Source of the DNA: an archaeon
GTDB lineage: Archaea > Nanobdellota > Nanobdellia > Pacearchaeales > GW2011-AR1
Direction: 5' to 3'
Length of the DNA: 64,000 nt
Assembly: GCA_018697035.1 (NCBI GenBank)
Contig: JABHSE010000004.1
Location: 131,300-195,299, forward strand
Part shown: in pieces, positions 45,889-54,139 of the stretch
Layout of the letters: every line of letters begins with the position of its first letter
Position numbering within the stretch: position 1 is the stretch's first letter
The notes under the pieces: model-generated
Told to the model about the DNA's origin: nothing
Seen by the model: only the letters and a program-made list of their open reading frames with translations
Database searches by the model: none
Program-made: the position numbers and the translations under genes

Positions 45889-46275
45889 TGTTTATATTCC
45901 GAATTGGGCAAGGACGTTGATTGATTTATATACTTCGCCTTTGAAGTATGAGGTAATGTATGAGATGAGGGCACCCCCGGCACATTAAAAGGTAAAGGGT
46001 GGCCCAATGAAAAAAAATAAACACAATACAGTTGATCAGACTGCATTATTGATAATATATCATATTTTTTTCTTTATTCAAAAAAGTTTTACAACCTTAT
46101 ATTTCGGGGAAAAAGCCCGATCATTTATTTAGCACTAAAATGTGATCTATATAAAGTTGAATGTGAAAGAATGACATTTGATGCTATCTAAGGTCCATAT
46201 AGCTTAACACCTCAAATCAGCCGATGCGCTTTTTAGCTATCGGTTGCATTTACATGGTTAACCACAAGTTATTGT

Positions 46276-46791
46276 TTATCTTCTCTTTCCAAAAAATTGT
46301 CGCACAAATCGAAACAATTTATTAAGGTCCAATCCAAGCCCAAATAGATTCGGCTTCAATTCTATTGGAAAGGAGTCTGACCTTTTTTCTAACGCAATTT
46401 TATTGAGAGCCTCCAATTGACGTTTCATACGTGCTGTCAATTTTAACTTAGTCCGCTGAAACATTGGACCCTGCTTGGTAAGTTCTTTTTCCCATTCAAA
46501 TTCACCCCCACCTCTTGGTATTCGGATAAAACTATGCTTATCCCTTGGATGTCTATAGTAGAAAAGCTCAACTTCATTTATTAATATTGAACCATCTTTA
46601 TTTGCTTTCATGAGCAGCGAATTAGGTTTGCTATTTTTTTCAGTAAAGACGTAGAAATCCCTTTCTGGATGATCAAACATAAGAGATATTAGTTCGTTCA
46701 GTGCTCCTTCTGATTGGATATCCTTGTTTTCAAATCTGTGATACTTAATTACTTCCACTTTGTCTGGAAGAATATCAAAATCAGTAGACAT
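46276..46791 (-). CDS. Hypothetical protein
   Basis: 171-aa ORF, no family recognised. First of three co-directional minus-strand genes. Confidence 0.5.
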   Translation of the reverse strand: MSTDFDILPDKVEVIKYHRFENKDIQSEGALNELISLMFDHPERDFYVFTEKNSKPNSLLMKANKDGSILINEVELFYYRHPRDKHSFIRIPRGGGEFEWEKELTKQGPMFQRTKLKLTARMKRQLEALNKIALEKRSDSFPIELKPNLFGLGLDLNKLFRFVRQFFGKRR

Positions 46792-46873
46792 AGGACGTCC
46801 TTTTAAAATTAGAACTTGACATTAGCAGCAGACAACAACTTGCTTGCTTGTGCCTATCCGCTCGATGTAAGGG

Positions 46874-47305
46874 TTAGGTGGGGTTTTTATATTTCCCCAC
46901 TATGCAGTCACTCGGTCTTGTTTTATCCCAGACGTCAATAAGCCTGGGTTTTGCCTTTTGCCACCAAAACTTTATAGCCAATTCTTCTTTTCTACTTATA
47001 GAACCAATCATTTTATTACAGTTATCAATTCTAAAAGAAGCATCCACATTTGTTGACGTTACATGAAAATGCGGCGGGGTATGCTCTTTCAGGTAAATTT
47101 CTATCCTCAGCCCATGAACAACCTCAATTAACTGACGTTGTTCGACAAGGATGAGTTCCCCATTTCTTTCCAAAACATAACAGTCGCCGTGTAGTATGGA
47201 ATCCAAGTATTCGGCCCAATCATTTACAGATTCCAGAGTTTCTATATCCACAAGGTAAAACTTGCTGGAACCTCTAAGGATTTTTTTGAGTCTATATTTA
47301 TCCAT
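46874..47305 (-). CDS. DUF4160-domain protein with an N-terminal extension
   Basis: LRIEIYLKEHTPPHFHV is the H.PPHFH signature of DUF4160. The ATG at 47305 is preferred over the GTG at 47311. Confidence 0.6.
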   Translation of the reverse strand: MDKYRLKKILRGSSKFYLVDIETLESVNDWAEYLDSILHGDCYVLERNGELILVEQRQLIEVVHGLRIEIYLKEHTPPHFHVTSTNVDASFRIDNCNKMIGSISRKEELAIKFWWQKAKPRLIDVWDKTRPSDCIVGKYKNPT

Positions 47306-47554
47306 ATACACCCACAGTTAAGTTCCCCAGTTTTTTTCTGTATAACTCCGTTTGACGGAGAACATTCAATGGCTACCAAAAAAATGGACATGACAACGTC
47401 ATACTTAATAAAAATCCATTTGCGCCCCGTTTAATTTAAAAATTTTATTCGCTTACGGGAAACATTCCTTTTCCTTTAAAATCCTCAATTTCAGCCAAAG
47501 CCTTCTCAAAAATCCTTTCGGCTCGCTCTTTCTCTTCTTTTTCTCTACGCTCGT

Positions 47555-48571
47555 CTATGCTAAATACACTTTAAAGCTACCGCCCATGGCAACTTTTAAA
47601 TCTATTTCTTGAAATGTAAGCAAGGCATTGAATTTCCCATGAAATTTATTCCCTTCTAAATATCCAGTTGCGATTGTTTGAGATTCAATGCTCATATTCA
47701 TTAGAAATGGTGTTTCTTCCCATGTTACCAAATTAAGAGCCATTTCTCCCTTTGGGATGATATGGGTCGTTATCGCCGAACACACTGTGGGGATTTCTGG
47801 ATTGGTTGATACGACTTCATGATCGCTGAACAGACGCAAGGAATGTAATCCTAATTTTTCATTTAGTTTTTGAAGTGATTGATACGGCACCTGTGTTTCA
47901 ATATATGTTTCCAACTTACCATTTTCATTTCGTTCTATCGACCCTTCAGTTATAGCCATCGTCAAGCCAATTAATGGTTTTAAACCTAAAGTATTATTGA
48001 TGTAATTTATCGATCCGCTGGTTATTCGAACTATAGACCGCAATCCAGGCCCAATAGGCAACCCTTTGTCGACCTTGTACTTCGGGTGGTCACGAAGTAT
48101 TCCTTCTGGTGATAATATGTTCATGATAATATCAAGAGACTCCTCCATGTTTTCATAATTGCATTGAAAAAATGGTTTTGCACCTGGATCTCTATCTGTT
48201 TGAAAAATTTGAAAATCCAGACCATTGGATAAACAGAAATACACAGCACGAATTTCTGGATGATTAGCGTAAGTCCATGATTGCTCTACTGCATCATTAT
48301 CTAATGCCTCACTTGGGGCTTTTGCCTCAATTACCCAGTTTATTTGCCCCTTCACATTGCATATATAATCCGCCCGACCACGTAATATGGGGTCAGTTTT
48401 TTTCTTTCTACCTAAAGAACTCTTTGGATATGTTAATGGTTGCTCCCTGATTACGTTATTTTCTGTGCCGGATCTGTACCCAAGGTGCCGCAACAGAGGA
48501 GCAATTATTTCCTCCCGAATATCTGTTTCGTTTAAACTGGCAAAATCGTATTGAGGGAAATCCATTCTCAT
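47555..48571 (-). CDS. Protein with an HsdR-N-terminal-like PD-(D/E)xK nuclease domain
   Basis: ETDIREEIIAPLLRHLGY...RADYICNVKGQINWVIEAKAP fits the type I restriction R-subunit N-terminal domain pattern (E..v...LGY ... DY.. ..vEaK). Confidence 0.6.
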   Translation of the reverse strand: MRMDFPQYDFASLNETDIREEIIAPLLRHLGYRSGTENNVIREQPLTYPKSSLGRKKKTDPILRGRADYICNVKGQINWVIEAKAPSEALDNDAVEQSWTYANHPEIRAVYFCLSNGLDFQIFQTDRDPGAKPFFQCNYENMEESLDIIMNILSPEGILRDHPKYKVDKGLPIGPGLRSIVRITSGSINYINNTLGLKPLIGLTMAITEGSIERNENGKLETYIETQVPYQSLQKLNEKLGLHSLRLFSDHEVVSTNPEIPTVCSAITTHIIPKGEMALNLVTWEETPFLMNMSIESQTIATGYLEGNKFHGKFNALLTFQEIDLKVAMGGSFKVYLA

Positions 48572-48903
48572 TTCCTTTATCTATTTATGGCATAACTAAA
48601 AGCGTTTTATCCGACCTGAAATGATTTAAAATTTTGATCTGGAAATTATTACCAATATTTCAAATTTGTGTAAAGGGATATTCAATTATATTTGTCCAAA
48701 CAAAATCACGCAACAAAATAAACTCGCTACATAATTGGAGACAGTGGTCTCTTTCAATTGAAAATTGCCACAAAATATAGAGGTTGAGAGATATTGCTGT
48801 TTAATGAGACTCGTATAATTAACTTTAAAAAAACCAATTACCACCTACTCTTGATTGGCCAGATCCAGAAAACAACTTTTTCTAAGTCTGGGACAAAATC
48901 AAA

Positions 48904-48918
48904 GATCCTGTAGCTCAG
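48904..48918 (+). repeat. 15-nt copy of the 5' end of the tRNA-Ile gene
   Basis: gatcctgtagctcag is identical to 52174-52188 (acceptor 5' strand plus D-stem). What follows is not tRNA-like. Confidence 0.7.
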
Positions 48919-49006
48919 CCTCTTACCGAGAATAGCTGACCTCAAGATTTATATACTTCTTGGCCTGTTCAAGATCGGAAAAACAAAAAGCTTTGAGACA
49001 TTAAAA

Positions 49007-49147
49007 ATGAAGGAATCTCATAGAACAAAAGGCGGATTTGAAATGAATAAGGATGTATATGTTCCTATTTGGGCGCAGACGTTGATTGATTTGTATACTT
49101 CTCCCTTGAAAGACGAAGTCCTTCGCGAGATGAAAAAGGATAAATAA
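49007..49147 (+). CDS. Small ORF (46 aa) encoding a conserved DVYxPxWAxTLIDLYTSPLK peptide
   Basis: MKESHRTKGGFEMNKDVYVPIWAQTLIDLYTSPLKDEVLREMKKDK. A second, start-less copy about 82% identical over 60 nt lies at 45887-45988. Confidence 0.35.
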   Translation: MKESHRTKGGFEMNKDVYVPIWAQTLIDLYTSPLKDEVLREMKKDK

Positions 49148-49169
49148 ATTGATTTCTTCTATTCTCCTC

Positions 49170-49196
49170 AATCTTTGTACAATACATATAAACTCC
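49170..49196 (+). promoter_or_regulatory. Copy E of the recurring TATA-like motif
   Basis: aatctttgtacaatacatataaactcc, then gttaccattatataattaaacaaaatATG. Confidence 0.45.
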
Positions 49197-49228
49197 AATC
49201 CTGTTACCATTATATAATTAAACAAAAT

Positions 49229-49447
49229 ATGGATGAAAAAGCTAACAAGAGTATGTCAAGATATTATCAAGAGAAAAAGCAGTTCCAAGAGAGTTGGCAG
49301 CAAAGTGCTGAAAAATACAACTATCAATGTTTCTTGCCCGATTGTTTGAATGAGTTTAGCCAAGAGGAAAGGACGAAAATATTTAATGATGTTTATTCTT
49401 GCATCAATAAGTTTTATCAATTAGTTAATAATCGTACAGGATGTTAA
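49229..49447 (+). CDS. Hypothetical small protein
   Basis: The ATG at 49229 is preferred over the TTG at 49175, which lies inside the promoter-like motif. 72 aa, no family recognised. Confidence 0.4.
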   Translation: MDEKANKSMSRYYQEKKQFQESWQQSAEKYNYQCFLPDCLNEFSQEERTKIFNDVYSCINKFYQLVNNRTGC

Positions 49448-49509
49448 CTGACCACACAAAGTTGACAATAGTTTGATTCCTGATCTGGGGTTGGAACATT
49501 TTTATCAAA

Positions 49510-49582
49510 CGCTCCGACCGGGATTTGAACCCGGGTCTCATGCGTGAAAGGCATGAATCCTTGGCCACTAGACTATCGGAGC
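49510..49582 (-). tRNA. tRNA-Glu(UUC), no encoded CCA
   Basis: The reverse complement folds as a cloverleaf. Acceptor GCTCCGA/TCGGAGC; anticodon arm CATGC-CTTTCAC-GCATG; T-arm CCGGG-TTCAAAT-CCCGG. Confidence 0.9.
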
Positions 49583-49746
49583 ACAATATTAGTTTATGGT
49601 TTTTGGTTTTTAAAGGTAATGACAGAACGCCCGCGGAGAACACGCTTTAATGAATTATATTTCTACCTCATTAACTTTAAATATTCATTTTCCCTTCCAG
49701 TTTCAGCCAGCTGAAACTGGATATGAATCTTTGAAAATACCTTATT

Positions 49747-49779
49747 AATTAACCATTTTTATAAAAAAGCTATTAAAAT
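49747..49779. repeat. ~31-nt direct repeat, copy 1, centred on the palindrome TTTTTATAAAAA (immediately downstream of the Fic stop)
   Basis: aattaaccatttttataaaaaagctattaaaat compared with aattaaccttttttataaaaaagttataaaat at 50965-50996. Confidence 0.7.
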
Positions 49780-50936
49780 TAATCATTTTTAACCAATTCT
49801 TCATGATAAATTACATGAAGTAAAAAATTCCTTAACTCATCATCACTTCTTATCTTAGACATCTTAGTAAGTGACATGTATTTTTCAAACGCACCTTTTT
49901 TCAAAATTAAAATTGGCAACTTAAGTCTCATTAAAAACCAATTTACAATTAAACGAGTAGTCCTGCTATTCCCATCTGAAAATGGATGGATATATTGAAA
50001 CTCATTATGAATATAGCCAACTTCTCTTAGCGCCTCGCTTCTCGATCTGACAGAATTAAATTTTTCACAAAAATTGTGCAACAGAGGAACAACATCTTTA
50101 GGATGAGCAGTTTTGAATTTGGGATTACCAGCTATTTTGTTATACGTTTTCTTTAATTTCCCTGCTGCCTTATGTAAAGAAAATAAACAGATTTTATTCA
50201 ACTCTTTGATATGCTCAATTGTAATATCATCATCAAGATGTTCAAGAATATAACTAAAAGCCTCGTTAAGATTTTTAACCATCTGAATATCTTTGGCCGG
50301 CTTATCTGGATAAATATCCTTTGTTAAAATTTCGATCGTTTCACCAATCGTTACAGTCCCACCTTCAAGCTGAGCAGAACCAGTCAAAAATTCAAAAAGT
50401 TTTAATTCAAAGGGACTTATTTCCCTCCTCTTAGTTTTTAAAACCAATTTTTTAATCTTTTGAAAAGGTAAATATTTTTCATTAATTTTTACTTTTTGTT
50501 CATGATAATCTTGTAAAAAGGTAAGCATGCTGTGATTAAGCAATGTCCCCAATTTAGGACTTTTTTGATAAATTAAAATAAATTGATCTATAACAAGAAA
50601 ATCTATTATTAACTTATTCCTTGCATTAGCTGAAAGTTTCTTCGGATTTATCTTAGAACTTTTTTTTGTAAGCTCCTTTAGTATTTTTTTAAAATTCTCA
50701 CTAAACCAAAGATTCGGATCAACATTATTTTTCAAAGACCATTTTATTATTTCAAATGCTTCTTTGGTTTTTCTATTCAATATTGGAGTCAAGACTCCCT
50801 GTTCGTTTTTTTTTACCCACCCTGCTTTTTTTAAAGAATCAACATGAACATAGATTGGAGTTTTAAATCCCAAATCTTTCGGTTTACATGGAGCTTCTTC
50901 AATTATTTTAGCGAATACATCATATTTTGTTGGCAT
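49779..50936 (-). CDS. Fic/DOC-family protein with N-terminal wHTH-like region
   Basis: HPFSDGNSRTTRLIVNW matches the Fic motif HxFx(D/E)GN(G/S)RxxR. The ATG at 50936 is preferred over the TTG at 50939. Confidence 0.85.
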   Translation of the reverse strand: MPTKYDVFAKIIEEAPCKPKDLGFKTPIYVHVDSLKKAGWVKKNEQGVLTPILNRKTKEAFEIIKWSLKNNVDPNLWFSENFKKILKELTKKSSKINPKKLSANARNKLIIDFLVIDQFILIYQKSPKLGTLLNHSMLTFLQDYHEQKVKINEKYLPFQKIKKLVLKTKRREISPFELKLFEFLTGSAQLEGGTVTIGETIEILTKDIYPDKPAKDIQMVKNLNEAFSYILEHLDDDITIEHIKELNKICLFSLHKAAGKLKKTYNKIAGNPKFKTAHPKDVVPLLHNFCEKFNSVRSRSEALREVGYIHNEFQYIHPFSDGNSRTTRLIVNWFLMRLKLPILILKKGAFEKYMSLTKMSKIRSDDELRNFLLHVIYHEELVKND

Positions 50937-50964
50937 CAAATAAGAACAAATTCTTACTTTAAAT

Positions 50965-50996
50965 AATTAACCTTTTTTATAAAAAAGTTATAAAAT
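50965..50996. repeat. ~31-nt direct repeat, copy 2 (likely Fic promoter/TATA region)
   Basis: See 49747-49779. It lies 30-60 nt upstream of the Fic start codon. Confidence 0.7.
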
Positions 50997-51057
50997 CTGA
51001 TCATTACAAGCTTTATCTATATGTCTTATATTCAGGGCAGTGAACCCAAAAGGTGTA

Positions 51058-51103
51058 GTGCCCTTTCACGGCAGTGACCCGGGTTCAAATCCCGGTGGGC
51101 GCG
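51058..51103 (+). tRNA. tRNA-Glu-like 3' fragment (anticodon arm to 3' acceptor strand; no 5' half)
   Basis: GTGCC-CTTTCAC-GGCAG TGAC CCGGG-TTCAAAT-CCCGG TGGGCGC G. No complementary GCGCCCA acceptor strand or D-arm lies upstream. Its stems differ from the intact tRNA-Glu at 49510-49582. Confidence 0.5.
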
Positions 51104-51179
51104 TATTTCTTTTAAAATTATCAACTCATCTTATTTCCAAAATACAAACAAATAAAAACCGAAAATCATCATAAACTCT

Positions 51180-52136
51180 ATGGCAGAAAAACCAGGCCAA
51201 CAGATCAACGACTTAATCTTCCGTGAACTTATCAAACGAGGCTATTCTCTAGAAGGCAACACAAGAATTTGGAACATCGCCGATTCAAAGCTATGGTATC
51301 TAACTCCAGACCAAGCACAATCATATTTAGATCTAGAAGACGAAGAAGAATACAAGAAAACAGTAACCCAACAAGAAATAGATTTGATAAATAATAATGC
51401 CAAAGAAATTCTAGACAAATTCGGAGACGAACCAATAAACATAATCGACATAGGATGCGGCGATGGAAGAAAGGCCTCAATGTTAATAGAGAAATTCAAA
51501 GGAACAAAAATAAGGTATTGCCCAATCGATATTAGTAGTTACATGGTAAATAAAGCAATCGAAAGAGTAAAAGAGGCAAACACCGTAGATGAAGTAGTAG
51601 AGTTCCAATGGAACATATCCGATTTCGAAAACATCAGCAATATCTCAACACTACTAAGACAAGGCAAATACAAAAAAACTATCTTCTTACTATTAGGAAA
51701 CACACTGGGCAACTTCGAAATAAACGAACTACTCTACGAAATAAGAAGCTCTATGAAAGGCGGAGATTTACTCCTAATCGGAAACGGACTAGATCACAGA
51801 AAACCAAAAGAAATTATAAAATCATATAACTCGGAATATTTTAATAGATTCTCAATCCACCCCCTACTTCAATTAGGAATGAAAAAAGAGGATCTAGAAT
51901 TCGGAGTCCGATTCAAAAACTCAAGAATAGAATCTTTCTACACAATAAAAAAACCAAAAGAAATATCATTCCTAGGAAGGTCTGTAAAATTTGAAACTGG
52001 AGATCAGGTAATAGTAATAGTTTCATACAAATATAACAAAGAAGATTTTGTAAGTTTCATGAACCTATATTTCGACGATGTAATAGTCAAACCATCCGAA
52101 GACGGATCCTACGCACTAGCCCTCTGCAAAAAATAA
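51180..52136 (+). CDS. SAM-dependent methyltransferase of the EgtD-like (histidine-specific, Methyltransf_33-type) family
   Basis: Motif I IIDIGCGDGRKASMLIE, then YCPIDIS, then LLLGNTLGNF, which resembles the EgtD LGSxIGNF motif. A TATA-like box lies about 25 nt upstream. No SD. Confidence 0.7.
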   Translation: MAEKPGQQINDLIFRELIKRGYSLEGNTRIWNIADSKLWYLTPDQAQSYLDLEDEEEYKKTVTQQEIDLINNNAKEILDKFGDEPINIIDIGCGDGRKASMLIEKFKGTKIRYCPIDISSYMVNKAIERVKEANTVDEVVEFQWNISDFENISNISTLLRQGKYKKTIFLLLGNTLGNFEINELLYEIRSSMKGGDLLLIGNGLDHRKPKEIIKSYNSEYFNRFSIHPLLQLGMKKEDLEFGVRFKNSRIESFYTIKKPKEISFLGRSVKFETGDQVIVIVSYKYNKEDFVSFMNLYFDDVIVKPSEDGSYALALCKK

Positions 52137-52173
52137 CCCCAATCTTTTTATATCCAATTCATTCCATAATATA

Positions 52174-52345
52174 GATCCTGTAGCTCAGTCTGGTCAGAGC
52201 GCTAGTCTTATATGGCCACAATGTCTACGGAAATTGTGAACAGCTTTCAGGTAAATTCGTAAGAATTTATCAGAAAGAAACATCCTCGATGTTACTTTCG
52301 CCTAAGAAAGCTAGAGGTTCCTGGGTTCAAATCCCAGCAGGATCA
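52174..52345 (+). tRNA. tRNA-Ile(UAU) interrupted by a 96-nt canonical bulge-helix-bulge intron (52213-52308)
   Basis: Acceptor GATCCTG/CAGGATC, D-arm GCTC..GAGC, anticodon stem CTAGT/GCTAG, T-arm CTGGG-TTCAAAT-CCCAG. BHB structure: exon CTTA (52207-10) pairs with intron TAAG (52303-06). It is flanked by 3-nt bulges TAT (52211-13) and AAA (52307-09), and by an outer helix GGC/GCC. Confidence 0.85.
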
Positions 52346-52431
52346 TTTGAACTCCTTGGGGTTTAAAGTAAATCTTCAGATTTTCTTTAGGAATCTATGA
52401 TTCCGTGTCCGAGCTTCTTTGAAGTGAAGGT

Positions 52432-52448
52432 AAATCCCAGCAGGATCA
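52432..52448 (+). repeat. 17-nt duplicate of the tRNA-Ile 3' end
   Basis: aaatcccagcaggatca is identical to 52329-52345. It lies 86 nt downstream of the tRNA. Confidence 0.75.
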
Positions 52449-52455
52449 CTTAAGC

Positions 52456-52836
52456 CTACAAAGAAAGATGGTAAACAACGGAGTCTTTTCCAGTAAGATA
52501 TTTAGCATAAGCCTCTCCTGTGTTAAAATAATGCGTCGCGACAACCACCTTTTCATAAGAGTCTTTCAGAGAAGAGATTTCTCGAGGCATATCCGAGCTC
52601 ACTCCATCTAGAAGAATTGTATCCCCTAAAGACAACTTACCGAGTCCAACATCAAGAGGATTATCCACTTCACCAACATGATTAACCTTAAGCCCCAAGG
52701 CACATGCAATTTCTTCCAATGATACAGTCTTTCCAGAACCAGGACTTCCACTTATAACTACAGCCTCGTTATTCTTTAAATCATTCAGAATAACATCCAC
52801 CGCATTATCTCTATTGATACTAATTACTTTTTTCAT
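52456..52836 (-). CDS. Small P-loop NTPase
   Basis: 126 aa. Walker A: VISGSPGSGKTVS. Confidence 0.55.
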   Translation of the reverse strand: MKKVISINRDNAVDVILNDLKNNEAVVISGSPGSGKTVSLEEIACALGLKVNHVGEVDNPLDVGLGKLSLGDTILLDGVSSDMPREISSLKDSYEKVVVATHYFNTGEAYAKYLTGKDSVVYHLSL

Positions 52837-52928
52837 TCATCCTTTTAAAATATTCAACTTATAAATCTTCTTAATACAACAAAACATCTACAATAAACAT
52901 ATAAAAACCTCCAAGCTCTAAAAAATTC

Positions 52929-54110
52929 ATGCTACTAGGACTCGTCGGAAAACCATCATGCGGAAAATCAACATTCTTCAAAGCAGCTTCGCTATCTGAC
53001 GTCCTAATCGCATCCTACCCCTTCGCAACAATTGAACCAAATCACGGAATGGGCTACGTCAGAGTAGAGGCCTTATGTAAAGAGTTGAACACAAAATGCA
53101 ACCCAAGAACCGGATTCTGCACAGGGGAAACAAGATTCGTCCCAGTCGAGCTAATGGACGTAGCAGGATTAGTAAAAGGCGCAAGCGAAGGAAAAGGATT
53201 GGGCAACAAATTCTTAGATACTCTCCGACAAGCCGACATGTTTATTCAAATCGTAGACATCTCAGCAACAACAACACTCGAAGGACAAGAAGGAAAAGGC
53301 GATCCAATAGCAGACGTCGAAATGCTAGAAGGCGAACTCAACAAATGGTATGAACAAATATTTGCAAAAGTCTGGGAAAAATTATCCCGAACAATTCAGT
53401 CCACTAAAACCGATTTCGCAAAATCCGTAGCCAAACAATTCTCAGGACTTCGAGTAAAAGAAGTCGACGTCAACAAAGTTTTAACAATTCTAAAACTAGA
53501 CCCAACTCAGCCAACATCATGGTCAAAGCAAGACCTAAAGGATTTCACAAGAGTATTAAGATACTCAACAAAACCAATGCTAATCGCAGCAAACAAGGCA
53601 GACAAACCAAACTCCCAAGAAAATCTAGCAAAGCTAAAACAAGCTTTCCCAGACATGAAAATCATCCCCTGCTCAGCCGATGCAGAATTATCCCTAAGAC
53701 AAGCCGCAAACGCAGGACTAATTGAATACATCCAAGGAGAATCCACCTTCAAAATAATCGAAAACAAAATAAGCGACAAACAAAAAGAAGCTTTAGAATC
53801 AATCCAAAAGAACGTCCTAGATAAATTCGGTTCAGCAGGTATCCAAGATGTCCTAGACAAATCCGTATTCGACCTCCTAAAATACATCGCAATCTTTCCA
53901 GCCGGATCAAAACTCGCAGACTCAAAAGGCAACGTCCTCCCAGACTGCTTTCTCCTCCCAAACAAAACAACAGCTCTAGATTTCGCATACTCCCTTCACA
54001 CTGACATCGGGGACAAATTTATCAAAGCAATTGACGTCAGAACAAAACAACCAGTAGGAAAAGATTATCCATTAAAGCATCGAGATGGAATAGAGATTAT
54101 GACCAGTTAA
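52929..54110 (+). CDS. ychF: YchF/OLA1-type (archaeal form) GTPase/ATPase with C-terminal TGS domain
   Basis: G1: LVGKPSCGKSTFF. Then YPFATIEPNHG, and G3 DVAGLVKGASEGKGLGNKFLD. TATAAAA lies 22-28 nt upstream of the ATG. No SD. Confidence 0.85.
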   Translation: MLLGLVGKPSCGKSTFFKAASLSDVLIASYPFATIEPNHGMGYVRVEALCKELNTKCNPRTGFCTGETRFVPVELMDVAGLVKGASEGKGLGNKFLDTLRQADMFIQIVDISATTTLEGQEGKGDPIADVEMLEGELNKWYEQIFAKVWEKLSRTIQSTKTDFAKSVAKQFSGLRVKEVDVNKVLTILKLDPTQPTSWSKQDLKDFTRVLRYSTKPMLIAANKADKPNSQENLAKLKQAFPDMKIIPCSADAELSLRQAANAGLIEYIQGESTFKIIENKISDKQKEALESIQKNVLDKFGSAGIQDVLDKSVFDLLKYIAIFPAGSKLADSKGNVLPDCFLLPNKTTALDFAYSLHTDIGDKFIKAIDVRTKQPVGKDYPLKHRDGIEIMTS

Positions 54111-54139
54111 TTTTTATACTAACCTGAGTTAATTTAATC

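Noticed and set aside
51030-51103. The tRNA-Glu-like fragment considered as a Nanoarchaeota-style split-tRNA half.
   Set aside because: The fragment includes the whole anticodon stem-loop rather than starting at position 38. No complementary leader or 5' half was found in the window. An att remnant is the simpler reading, although a split or permuted gene cannot be excluded without a genome-wide search.
53096-53988. Alternative-frame and antisense ORFs (68-152 aa) inside ychF.
   Set aside because: They are incompatible with the clearly supported YchF reading frame, give R/K/N-rich low-complexity products, and are skew artefacts.
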